Assembly (NCBI GenBank): GCA_963797095.1
Contig: CAWCNY010000004.1
Span: 64,001 to 128,000, forward strand
Direction of reading: 5' to 3'
Source of the DNA: an uncultured Chloroflexia bacterium
GTDB lineage: Bacteria > Chloroflexota > Chloroflexia > QHBQ01 > JADMIH01
Length of the DNA stretch: 64,000 nucleotides
A program made the translations under genes and the position numbers. Shown here in pieces: positions 47,040 through 56,662 of this stretch. The notes below the pieces were generated by a model. That model saw only the letters and a list, made by a program, of their open reading frames with translations. It did no database searches and was not told the origin of the DNA. Positions within the stretch are counted from its first letter, which is position 1. The number at the start of each line of letters is the position of its first letter.

Positions 47040-49595
47040 CTACGGTTCGCCACGCGGCATTTCAAGTGCCTGCTTACCTATCAGACCCAACTGAACTTCC
47101 ATTGGTGTGCCTGCGTCGGTCGGGTGCCACTCGAAGCGCGCTCTCTCGAAGTATTGTACAGTATACACTTTTCCGTCCGCGCTGCTAATCTCCGGCATCT
47201 CTTCTGAAATAGGATAACCGAAGGTTTCAAGCCCGCCTTGCTGCTGCCAATACTGGAGAAATGCTTCCTTGACGATGTGCCCGGTCTCGGCGAAGTACCA
47301 GCGTGTTGGCGTGTTTTCGACCGGTTCGGCGCGCGGCAGATTGCGCCCCTTCGTCACCCAAAGGCCGACCGAGGCGAGCATTACCTCATCCTTAGTGCCC
47401 GCGTTTTCCGGGTGGTACTCGAGGACCGCGCGCTCGAAGTATTGCACTTTGCGCTCCTGGCCGTCCAGGGGGTTATTCTCCACCAATTCTTCTGAAATGG
47501 GATAGCCGAGTTTGGCTACGCCTCCGTGCGTTTCCCAGAAGGACCTGAACGCGCCACCCAGGGTGTGGCCGCTCTCCAGGAAATAGAGCCTGTCGTTGCC
47601 CTCAGGTTTGGAGTTCAGGTCGAACAATATGTAATCACGGGAAAGCTTCGCGACGCCATAGGTTGTAATCAAGCCACGATAGTCGGGGTGCTTGCCGAGC
47701 CAGTCCTGGTCTACGCTGAGGAGGTAGGCGGCACCCTGGCGTTGAAGCTTCTGCACTTCCGGTAGGCTGAACTCATCGGTGCCCAGGGACCACCCGGTTC
47801 TTTGAGCGGCGTAGAACAGCTCAGGAGCGTGCGGCCCGGCGACGATCAGCTTGCTATCGGGGGGAAGTGCTGCGGCAACCTCCGCGCCGATGCCTGTGAG
47901 CACCTGTGAAATCTCGGTGGGCTGCATGCGGGCAAGGATCGTGGGCGTACCGCCGATTACAATCAGCGCGAGGATCGTCAGCATGCCGAAGTGACCCGCG
48001 GCAAGCCACCAGGCACGGCGTAAGCGGAGGCTCTGCGATTGGGACCGCTCTGCGACGCTCTTGCCGAGCGCGAGTTGGGCCTGCGGTCTTGAGGGGCGGT
48101 TACTGATGCGTTCTTCGGGAAGGTCGAGCAGCCAGGCGGTATGAGGCGAAATCGCGTAATCTGCATCGTGGTCGCGTGTTTGTTCGGTGATCGCCAGCCA
48201 AAGGCGCGCGGGGAGCGCACCAACCCATGCTGCTCCAATGCCTGCCAGCGCGCAGGCGGGCAGTATCAGGGGCAGGAGTACATCTTCGTGCCCAGGCAGA
48301 CGTGACGCATCAAAGAGGGCATGGAGAGCGCCTCCCGCCAACCAGACGTGAAATAGAAGGGGGAGCGGGGGGCGAGCGCCATGCAGGACGCCGGCAGCCA
48401 ACAGCAGGAGGCCCGCGATAGTCAATATACGCTCGACAAGTATGCCTACGATGAGGACATATGAACCGCCGTTGAATATCGCGCCCAGGGCGCCGACCAG
48501 GCCATCACCACTACTTTCAGAACTGAGGGCAAGCCCACCGGCGGCCTGCGAGATGGCCCACCAGAGAAGCGAGGAGGCCGCCAGCGCGCCTGCATAGATC
48601 GCCAATCGGCCACGGTTTGGTGAGTTGCTCCATATCTCCTGGAGGGCGGGTGCACCTGCATTCTTGCGGCGAATCGTCCTCACGGAGAGAGGCCCGGTAT
48701 CGACGTTGGACCCTTGTGAGGGGGAGATGAAGAGATAGGCGGCAGGTATAGCGAGCCACAGAGCACCGGGATCAAGTAACCCATCGAGGGCGGCCACGGC
48801 CACTGCTGCCACAAAAGCGAGTGTTGTTCCCTGCGGGGCATCCTGCTTGACGGTTGAGCGCCAGCGAACCAGGGCTAAGATCGCTCCGGCCTGGGCCGCA
48901 AGCACCAGGGATGCAGGGGAATATTGCTGGCCGAGCACGATGCTCAGGGGCGCGACCGAATAGAGGAGCAGGGCATAGATCCCGGCGCGGGCTCCTGCGG
49001 TACGGCGCACCAGGGCGAACAGCCCGAACCCTGCCAGCAAACTGAATATGATCGAAATGAGACGGCCAGGCCACTGGCCATCGCCAAGAACGGACTCGAG
49101 GCCGGTTGCCATCCAGATGTATATCGGCAAAGTGGCGGCAGGCACAACGGGGCCCGTGCCCTCCCAGGGGGCGGGAGGCTGGAACAGCCGCACAGTCTGC
49201 AGAGAGGGACCGACGCTCCCTGCGAGCACGTTCACCTGTGCAGCGTAGGTAGCTTCGATGCCGGTCGGCGCGCCGACCGGCGGGGTGAAAAGCCCAAACA
49301 GGCGAAATACCACGAGAATTGCACCTACGAGGGACAGCGAAATTACCAACCTGGCGGACCAGGGCACTACCGCAGGCCTCAGGCGGCGAGGGATCGCGCG
49401 ATTCCCGTCGCGCTTCAGGACCGCTGGAGCTTGAGGCAGAGCAGTTGGAGGACGCGCCGCGTTGGTTCCCCTACCTTGAGAGGAAGCGCTTCGCGCGCCA
49501 CTGCGCCCGCTGTATCGCCGCCGAGCGGTACCAGGGTCAGTTGCTGCGCTATAAGTTGATAGGTCCAGGCTGTGGAGGCCTTCGATTCCGCTCAT
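47040..49595 (-). CDS. GT39-like GT-C membrane glycosyltransferase with C-terminal surface repeats
   Basis: Multi-TM core (GRLISIIFSLL) and two YF.E(S/T)GH...GYPISEE...QYFERA repeats. Confidence 0.75.
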   Translation of the reverse strand: MSGIEGLHSLDLSTYSAATDPGTARRRYSGRSGARSASSQGRGTNAARPPTALPQAPAVLKRDGNRAIPRRLRPAVVPWSARLVISLSLVGAILVVFRLFGLFTPPVGAPTGIEATYAAQVNVLAGSVGPSLQTVRLFQPPAPWEGTGPVVPAATLPIYIWMATGLESVLGDGQWPGRLISIIFSLLAGFGLFALVRRTAGARAGIYALLLYSVAPLSIVLGQQYSPASLVLAAQAGAILALVRWRSTVKQDAPQGTTLAFVAAVAVAALDGLLDPGALWLAIPAAYLFISPSQGSNVDTGPLSVRTIRRKNAGAPALQEIWSNSPNRGRLAIYAGALAASSLLWWAISQAAGGLALSSESSGDGLVGALGAIFNGGSYVLIVGILVERILTIAGLLLLAAGVLHGARPPLPLLFHVWLAGGALHALFDASRLPGHEDVLLPLILPACALAGIGAAWVGALPARLWLAITEQTRDHDADYAISPHTAWLLDLPEERISNRPSRPQAQLALGKSVAERSQSQSLRLRRAWWLAAGHFGMLTILALIVIGGTPTILARMQPTEISQVLTGIGAEVAAALPPDSKLIVAGPHAPELFYAAQRTGWSLGTDEFSLPEVQKLQRQGAAYLLSVDQDWLGKHPDYRGLITTYGVAKLSRDYILFDLNSKPEGNDRLYFLESGHTLGGAFRSFWETHGGVAKLGYPISEELVENNPLDGQERKVQYFERAVLEYHPENAGTKDEVMLASVGLWVTKGRNLPRAEPVENTPTRWYFAETGHIVKEAFLQYWQQQGGLETFGYPISEEMPEISSADGKVYTVQYFERARFEWHPTDAGTPMEVQLGLIGKQALEMPRGEP
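47060..47590 (-). repeat. Two tandem ~85-aa Chloroflexi-type repeats
   Basis: YFLESGHTLGGAFRSFW..GYPISEE..QYFERA and YFAETGHIVKEAFLQYW..GYPISEE..QYFERA. Boundaries approximate. Confidence 0.75.
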
Positions 49596-49714
49596 ATGCC
49601 CGAATTGTGCTGCTTGTAATCGAGAGAAGTATCAAGAAAGTGTCCCCGGTTCCGAGGTAACTCAATGAGCAACCTTCCAGGGTATATAGTCTTGCACAAA
49701 TGGACGTGCGCGAC

Positions 49715-52117
49715 TCACTTTTCCACAGGCACAAGCTTGGCGTTCAAGATGGCGAAGCTGAGGCGACGCGGATCGGTGTTCAATCCCAACTCTGCAGGGC
49801 TGCTCGTACCGTCCGGGCTAACAAAGGTTAGAGTAGAGACTCCCTGTGGCAGCCCGAGCGGCCCACTGGTGGTAAAGGTTTGCAAGCCTGAGACGACTTG
49901 ATCGACGACCAGCTGATCACCGTGGAAGATCTGCAACCTCCGTGGTGGCCCCAGGCCGCTTGCCTGGAATGTTAGGTAGGCGTCCATCTGTCGCGGAGAG
50001 TCGATCCTGAAGGTTGCCTTGTCACCCATCCAACGGAACGTGCCGTTGGGGCCGATTTCTCTTGGCTGCCAGTCGGCCCCGACACTCAGGTATGGGACCG
50101 TGTTCTGGGGAGCGGGAACGTTGTACACCTCAAGCTCATCATCCTCGTAGAAGGGCGTGGCATCCGCGCCGAGCACCATCTTGATCGCATCGCGGGAGGG
50201 TGTGACGTCCACAGGCGGGTCAATGCGGTGGGGCGCTCTGCTCTTGTAGAGTACGATGTACTTTGTATTGTATTGCTGGAATGCTGAGTACCACTGGTCC
50301 GGCCCGCTTTCGAACATGTCGCCGTGGCCGTCGAGGTAGGTTAGCTCCTGGTAGCCGGGAGTGCTCTCAAGGAAGGGGTGAGGGTATTCACGGCTGATGT
50401 AGCCGCCGAAGATGTGCTTCCCATGTACTGTCTGGAAGTACATCCGGTATGCCCCGTGCCAGAAATCGTCCTGGGGGGGCAACTCCAATATGGAGAAATC
50501 ACCCTGTTCTTTGCCAAGCTCATAGAACCATGCCGGGACATCGGCTTTCAATTGCGGGTAGGGGATCGGCGCAAGCTCCAGCAGAATGAAGCCTAAAGTC
50601 CCTGCGCACAGCAGCGCGCCACGACGCTCTAGGTGCAATCTCGGCAACCACCGTGATAGGAGTACGCTCGTGCCGAAACCGGCAAGTACACCCAGGCAGA
50701 GAGTCAGGGGCATATCGAACCTGTCGGGGCTGCGGCTGATATTGAGAACGGGCAGGTCTCCCACCAGATTGTAGGGCATCGGGAATGGCAAGTTGATCTG
50801 CGCCCCATTGACCTGCAACACCGGACCCAACGCGAGAAGGAAGAAAAGGAGAGTGCAAGCGCCCCAGAACCATTTGCTGGGCAGCGCGACGGCCCTCGGG
50901 CTTGCGGTGGAGATTTCCGCTGTATGCGCTGGCGAGTCCGCGCCGGGAAGATCGCCTGTCGTTATGGCAGCGGATATTTCGGAGTTGTTCGAAGTTTGGC
51001 TTTGGAGGCGAGGCCGCAGCTTGCGCGTGGCGAAGAGGGCTACTCCCGCCAGGAAGAGAGCGGTGTAGGTAAAATAGACCTCGTAGCGGTCTGCACCGAA
51101 GGGCCAGTAGTCGCGGTTCAAGAAGAACTGGCCCCAGAGTTTGTGCCCGCGCATCGGCTCGAAGAAGGTGAGCAAATCCGCCGAATGCATCAAGGCTGCG
51201 TCGGCAGTCGGGAGCATCGAGTCGGTAGTTCTTAGCTCGCGAAGCATAGGAATAAGGATGGGGCTAACGATTATGAGGTATGAGGCGACCACCACAGCCC
51301 CGCGTAGCCATGGTTCGCCCACTCCCCTGAGCCATACACGACCTACTACAGGAGGAGATCCCTCCGTTGCCTGGTTCTCGTTTGGCTTGCGTCTCACTTG
51401 CTGCACGATAGACCTCAGCAGCAGGTAGAGCAAGACCAATCCGGCCAGCATGAGGCTGTACATGGTGTAGTACCAGTCGACCAGCGATACCAGCAGCAGA
51501 AATAGGGCCGCAGGCAGGGCGCGCCGCCAGGCCCAATTGAACCAATCGCGCCAGGTGTTTGACGGGATCGCAAAGACCGCTTTCAAGAAGAAAAGGAGGA
51601 AGAAGGGCACCCATTCCAGCGATACAAGTTGCAGGAGGCTACGCATTGTCGCCACGTGATAGGCGGAGTATGCAAACACCACACTGCCCACGAACGCGGC
51701 CCACTTGTTACCACATAAATAGTGAAATAAGAGGTACGCCCCCCACCCGCACGTGACAAACGAGAAGAGTATGACGATGTTATACGTAGTCTGGAGCGAA
51801 AATACCGTCATCAAGGGAATAGCCAGCAGGCCGTTGAACACATTGAGCGTGTGGTAGTAGAGACTGATCGGCGTGGGATACCAGATCATGTCGGTCACAA
51901 ACGGATTGTGCCCGCCCAGCACGGCCTGCCCTGTCCACCACAGGTTCCAGAGGTTCTGATCGCGATCTTCGCGCATGAAACCCGGCACCGTCGTACCTGA
52001 GCCCGGTAGAAAATTAAGCACCAGGGGCCACGTGAAAAGGACCGAAAGCCCAAGATGCATGAGGAGCGCGCCAAGGTGCCAACCCCACCAGAGCGATTCG
52101 CGCTTTGTTGTGGACAT
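49715..52117 (-). CDS. GT-C fold (YfhO-like) membrane glycosyltransferase
   Basis: FTWPL, QNLWNLWW, YFQTVHGKHIFGGYISR, terminal DPRRLSF; multi-TM. Start placed at ATG 52117. Confidence 0.75.
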   Translation of the reverse strand: MSTTKRESLWWGWHLGALLMHLGLSVLFTWPLVLNFLPGSGTTVPGFMREDRDQNLWNLWWTGQAVLGGHNPFVTDMIWYPTPISLYYHTLNVFNGLLAIPLMTVFSLQTTYNIVILFSFVTCGWGAYLLFHYLCGNKWAAFVGSVVFAYSAYHVATMRSLLQLVSLEWVPFFLLFFLKAVFAIPSNTWRDWFNWAWRRALPAALFLLLVSLVDWYYTMYSLMLAGLVLLYLLLRSIVQQVRRKPNENQATEGSPPVVGRVWLRGVGEPWLRGAVVVASYLIIVSPILIPMLRELRTTDSMLPTADAALMHSADLLTFFEPMRGHKLWGQFFLNRDYWPFGADRYEVYFTYTALFLAGVALFATRKLRPRLQSQTSNNSEISAAITTGDLPGADSPAHTAEISTASPRAVALPSKWFWGACTLLFFLLALGPVLQVNGAQINLPFPMPYNLVGDLPVLNISRSPDRFDMPLTLCLGVLAGFGTSVLLSRWLPRLHLERRGALLCAGTLGFILLELAPIPYPQLKADVPAWFYELGKEQGDFSILELPPQDDFWHGAYRMYFQTVHGKHIFGGYISREYPHPFLESTPGYQELTYLDGHGDMFESGPDQWYSAFQQYNTKYIVLYKSRAPHRIDPPVDVTPSRDAIKMVLGADATPFYEDDELEVYNVPAPQNTVPYLSVGADWQPREIGPNGTFRWMGDKATFRIDSPRQMDAYLTFQASGLGPPRRLQIFHGDQLVVDQVVSGLQTFTTSGPLGLPQGVSTLTFVSPDGTSSPAELGLNTDPRRLSFAILNAKLVPVEK

Positions 52118-52242
52118 ATCAAGGATTCTATCAGAGCGAACAGCCACCTGCAAAGTTTGTCGCGCCCCGGCTCGGTAACGGGTGTGCGTATGTGATATAA
52201 TGTGCCTTACTATCCGCATAGCATAAGAGCACAAGAACGGAT

Positions 52243-53706
52243 ATGATACTCCTCTACAACCCACGAGCCGCCGAATTCAGATGGCGGCTGCCCATTTCGG
52301 TAATGTCGCTTGCCGCCGTTTTTGAAGGCAAGTATGAATGGCGTATTGTCGACGGCAACCTCGACAAAGACGCGGGGAATACCCTGCTCTCGACAATAGA
52401 GCATCACCCTGAGATCAAATACCTGATGGTGACTGTGATGCCCGGGCCGCAGCTGACCAGAGCGGTGCCGCATACAAGGGCTATCAAAGCGAAATTCCCG
52501 CACATTACGGTCATATGGGGCGGTTATTTTCCATCATCGCACCCGGATGTGTGCCTGCGCGACCCCGCCATTGATTACGTGGTGCGCTCGCAAGGAGAGC
52601 TAACCATCCTTGAGTTGTTGGATATGCTGGAAAACGGCGGCTCTCCGGCTAACATCGACGGCCTTTCCTACCGTGATGGCGACACGATCAAGCACAATCG
52701 CAACAGAAAGCTTGTAGACCCAAACGAATTTCCGGTGCTCCCCTATGAGAAGGTAGAGGTCCATCGCTACGTCAAGCCGACCATGCTCGGGAATCGCACC
52801 CTCTCGTATCACTCAAGTTTAGGTTGCCCATTCACCTGCTCATTTTGCTCTGTCACCAAGAACTACTTCGGACGGTGGTTAGCCGAGAAGCCTGAGCGCA
52901 CGATCAGCACGATCAGGGTGATGCACGAGCGCTACGGCATGAACGGGATCGAGTTCCACGACAGCAACTTCTTCACATCCGAGAAGCGAGTGGCGGCTTT
53001 CTCGGAGGGAATCAACGGACTTGGCATCGGTTGGTGGGGCGAGGGCACGATTGACACCATCATGCGTTACGACAACTCCACCTGGCGTGTCATGAGCGAC
53101 GCCGGGTGCCGTATGATCTTCATGGGCGCGGAAAACGCCTCTGCCACCACTCTCAAATTCATGAACAAGGTGCTTGCTCCCGAAACGACACTGGCGATGG
53201 CTGAAAAGTCGCGGCGCTACAATATCATCCCTGAGTTCTCCTTCGTGCTTGGCAATCCGCCCGACCCGGATGCCGATATCGAGGAGAATATCAAGTTCAT
53301 TTATACGATCAAGAAGATCAACCCCGCTTCTGAAATCATCCTCTACCTGTATACGCCGACGCCCGGTGACGACAAGATGTTCGCCGAAGCGCTAAAGGCA
53401 GGCTTCAAGTATCCCGAAACACTGGATGGGTGGCTGGCCCCCGAGTGGGCCACATTCTCACGCAGGCGCAACCCCCACACACCCTGGATTACGCAAAAGC
53501 ATCTCGACCGACTCAATAACTTCGAGACGGTGCTTAATGCGCGCTACCCGACCGCTTCCGACCTCAAGATAAGGCCCTGGCACAGGCACGTGCTACAAAC
53601 GCTCGGTAGCTGGCGCTACAGCACAAAGTTCTACTCGGTGCCCCTTGAACTCAAAGCAATGTTCAAATTCATTTCATACACGCAGCCCGAGCAGGCCGGC
53701 CTCTAA
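52243..53706 (+). CDS. B12-binding radical SAM enzyme 1
   Basis: IWGGYFPS, GCPFTCSFC, MGAE. Confidence 0.93.
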   Translation: MILLYNPRAAEFRWRLPISVMSLAAVFEGKYEWRIVDGNLDKDAGNTLLSTIEHHPEIKYLMVTVMPGPQLTRAVPHTRAIKAKFPHITVIWGGYFPSSHPDVCLRDPAIDYVVRSQGELTILELLDMLENGGSPANIDGLSYRDGDTIKHNRNRKLVDPNEFPVLPYEKVEVHRYVKPTMLGNRTLSYHSSLGCPFTCSFCSVTKNYFGRWLAEKPERTISTIRVMHERYGMNGIEFHDSNFFTSEKRVAAFSEGINGLGIGWWGEGTIDTIMRYDNSTWRVMSDAGCRMIFMGAENASATTLKFMNKVLAPETTLAMAEKSRRYNIIPEFSFVLGNPPDPDADIEENIKFIYTIKKINPASEIILYLYTPTPGDDKMFAEALKAGFKYPETLDGWLAPEWATFSRRRNPHTPWITQKHLDRLNNFETVLNARYPTASDLKIRPWHRHVLQTLGSWRYSTKFYSVPLELKAMFKFISYTQPEQAGL

Positions 53707-53777
53707 AAGTGTGTAGGTCAACGAGGCGGATTTTTACGCCTGCCGGCTTGTAATTTCACTCGTCACTCGTCAAAAAC

Positions 53778-54974
53778 ATGCGCCTGGCTCTTGTTATTCC
53801 CGGCTTCCAATCTGACGCCGAGGATTGGTGCATCCCGGTTTTCACCAACCTCGCCCGCGAATTAGCCGAGCAGATCGAGTTGCACGTATTCGCGCTCCGG
53901 TATCCGCACCGCCGGGAGGACTATATGATCGGGCGTGTGCACGTTCATGCGCTTGGCGGTGGTGCTTTCGGCCGGTTCCGCATCTTCGGCCTCAGCCTGG
54001 GCCGGTTGTGGGCCGATTTTCATGGTAAGATCGAGCAGGTGCATGCCTCTACACCTTTCGATGCCGTTATGGGCATCTGGGCAACCGAGTCTGGCTGGCT
54101 GGCCGTGCGGGCCGCCCGCGAGTTGGGCCTAGGGTCGCTTGTACACCTGGCGGGTGGGGAGGTCGTCTCCATCCCTTACGTGCCATACGGCAATCGTGGC
54201 TCGCGACTGGAAGGCGGGATGGTCGTCGATAGCCTGAACTACGCCGATATTGTTACCGTGCCCTCAGAGCCGATGGAGCGCGCCCTGCATCGTATGCCCG
54301 ATATTGACAAAAAGCAGGTGCTTGCGAAGGTCAGGCGGTGGGCACCCGGCGTTGATACCGATCTCTTCTCACCCGAAGTAGCCGACAGACCGCCAAGCGG
54401 GCCGTTCACCTTCGTCACCGTCGGCTCGCTGCTGCCGATCAAGGGTCACAGATTGCTTATCCGCGCCCTTGGACGCTTGCGAACCAAGATGCGTTCGGAC
54501 TTCAATGTACATCTGCGTATAGTGGGTAGCGGCCCAAAGCTGCGCGATATCGAGTTGGAGATCGAGTACCAAAGACTTCAGGGATATGTCACCTTCGATG
54601 GCGAGGTAACGCACGACCGCCTACCCGATATCTACCGGCAGGCGTCGGCCTTCTTACTCGGCTCCTTCCATGAGGCGGAATGTATGGCGCTCCTGGAAGC
54701 GATGTCGTGCGGCCTACCGTGGGTAGCGCCACCTGTAGGGGTTGTGCCGAACGTGGCACGCACCGATGCGGGCGAGACCCCCTCAGGCATGATTTTTGAC
54801 AGCCGCAATCCCGGCCCTGTTGCCGCAACTTTGCGCTCCATGATCGAGTTGACGCCCGCCGAGCTCGCGCAATGGGGAGGCCAGGCACGCAACAGGGTGG
54901 TGCGCGACTATGAGATGAGGAAGCAAACCGAGCGCTTGTTGAGTATTGTTGGCGAGTTGACAGGCGATAGTTGA
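53778..54974 (+). CDS. GT4 family glycosyltransferase
   Basis: GVDTDLF, VGSLLPIKG, S..EAECMALLEAMSCGLP. Confidence 0.9.
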   Translation: MRLALVIPGFQSDAEDWCIPVFTNLARELAEQIELHVFALRYPHRREDYMIGRVHVHALGGGAFGRFRIFGLSLGRLWADFHGKIEQVHASTPFDAVMGIWATESGWLAVRAARELGLGSLVHLAGGEVVSIPYVPYGNRGSRLEGGMVVDSLNYADIVTVPSEPMERALHRMPDIDKKQVLAKVRRWAPGVDTDLFSPEVADRPPSGPFTFVTVGSLLPIKGHRLLIRALGRLRTKMRSDFNVHLRIVGSGPKLRDIELEIEYQRLQGYVTFDGEVTHDRLPDIYRQASAFLLGSFHEAECMALLEAMSCGLPWVAPPVGVVPNVARTDAGETPSGMIFDSRNPGPVAATLRSMIELTPAELAQWGGQARNRVVRDYEMRKQTERLLSIVGELTGDS

Positions 54975-55054
54975 ATTGTCTATCATAAGCTAATCCGTAA
55001 CCTCCATCGTACTGACATGAGTGCGCTACGGCCTCGCGCACGATGGGAATTTAC

Positions 55055-56602
55055 ATGGCAGAAGTCCTCTTAGGACAATCATATTACTTGACGTTCGATC
55101 CAAAGGAGTGGGAGGGGATGAAGCCTTACCCCCCACTGGGTACGCTTTACGCCGCCTCATACATCCGCAATCGTGGCTACAATGTGGCCCTTTTTGATGC
55201 CATGCTCGCTGCTTCGGAAGAGGAGTGGGCGCAGGCGCTTGACCGCCATAAGCCACGCTTCGCCGTCATTTACGAGGACGGGTTCAACTACCTCTCAAAG
55301 ATGTGCCTCACCCGCATGCGTGAGGCCGCCTTTGTCATGGCGCAGGAGGCCAAGCGCCGAGGCTGCACCGTCCTTATCTCCGGCTCGGACGCTACCGACC
55401 ATAAGGAGAAGTACTTCGAGCATGGCGCGGACGCTATCATCATTGGAGAGGGCGAAATCACGCTCGCGGAGACGCTCGACGCACTCACAGGCAGGACCGA
55501 CGCGGATCTCAAGAACATCCCCGGCCTGGCCGTGCCGGACAACCCGAATCCCCCCGCGCGCGGATTCGAGAAGCAGCTCGACCTCTTTCCGTTCCCCGCC
55601 TGGGACCTCGTTGACATCGACCGCTACAGGAAGGTCTGGCAAGAGCGCCATGGCTATTACTCGATGAACATGGTCACTACGCGTGGCTGCCCCTATCATT
55701 GCAATTGGTGCGCCAAACCGATTTACGGCCAACGGTATAATGTGCGCTCGCCCGAAAGCGTCGCCCAGGAATTGAAGTGGCTGAAAGACAATTTCTCGCC
55801 TGACCACATCTGGTTTGCGGATGATATATTTGGCCTTAAGCCCAACTGGATAGAGCGCTTCGCCGCTGAGGTCGAACGGTTGGACGCGGGAGTGCCCTTC
55901 AAATGCCTGTTGCGTGTAGACCTGATCAAGCCGCGCGTGCCTGAGGCGCTTCGACGCGCCGGGTGCGAAATCGTGTGGGTGGGAGCCGAATCCGGCTCGC
56001 AGAAGATACTCGATGCGATGGACAAGGGCACGACCGTCGAGCAGATTTACGCCGCCGCCCGCAATCTGCACGCCAACGGGATAAAGATCGCATTCTTCCT
56101 CCAGTTTGGGTATCCCGGCGAGGAAAGGAGCGACATCGAGCTTACCCTCAAGATGGTGCGCGATTGCAATCCCGACGACATAGGCATGTCAGTCTCCTAT
56201 CCACTACCGGGCACCAAGTTCTTCGAAAACGTCAAAATGCAGCTTGGCGACAAACATAACTGGATCGATAGCGGCGATTTCGAGATGATGTACCACGGGC
56301 CTTATGGGTCTGACTTCTATCGCCAGTTACACCGCGTTTTGCACAAGGAATACCGCGCGCACAAGATCTGGCGGTCTTTGAGGGCACGCTCACATGGTGC
56401 CAACGAACACCGTCCAACCCGGCGCAGCGGACTACGCGCCACGGCCCACGACCTCGCCTTTATGATCTACAACTGGGCGTCTCTTCCCTCTGCCCGGCGC
56501 AAATTGAACCGTCTTGCGGTCAAGTCGAATCGATCCATTGGGCTTCTCCCCCAAATCATGACACCAGAAGCCGCCGCCAGCCCAACACCACAACAAGAGT
56601 AG
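55055..56602 (+). CDS. B12-binding radical SAM enzyme 2
   Basis: PYPPLGTLY, GEGE, TTRGCPYHCNWC, GAESGSQ. Confidence 0.93.
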   Translation: MAEVLLGQSYYLTFDPKEWEGMKPYPPLGTLYAASYIRNRGYNVALFDAMLAASEEEWAQALDRHKPRFAVIYEDGFNYLSKMCLTRMREAAFVMAQEAKRRGCTVLISGSDATDHKEKYFEHGADAIIIGEGEITLAETLDALTGRTDADLKNIPGLAVPDNPNPPARGFEKQLDLFPFPAWDLVDIDRYRKVWQERHGYYSMNMVTTRGCPYHCNWCAKPIYGQRYNVRSPESVAQELKWLKDNFSPDHIWFADDIFGLKPNWIERFAAEVERLDAGVPFKCLLRVDLIKPRVPEALRRAGCEIVWVGAESGSQKILDAMDKGTTVEQIYAAARNLHANGIKIAFFLQFGYPGEERSDIELTLKMVRDCNPDDIGMSVSYPLPGTKFFENVKMQLGDKHNWIDSGDFEMMYHGPYGSDFYRQLHRVLHKEYRAHKIWRSLRARSHGANEHRPTRRSGLRATAHDLAFMIYNWASLPSARRKLNRLAVKSNRSIGLLPQIMTPEAAASPTPQQE

Positions 56603-56662
56603 GGCATCTCTGCCCTCCCTTTTTCTTCGCCTCCAATGGTTCGTCCGAATCCTTCAGACCTG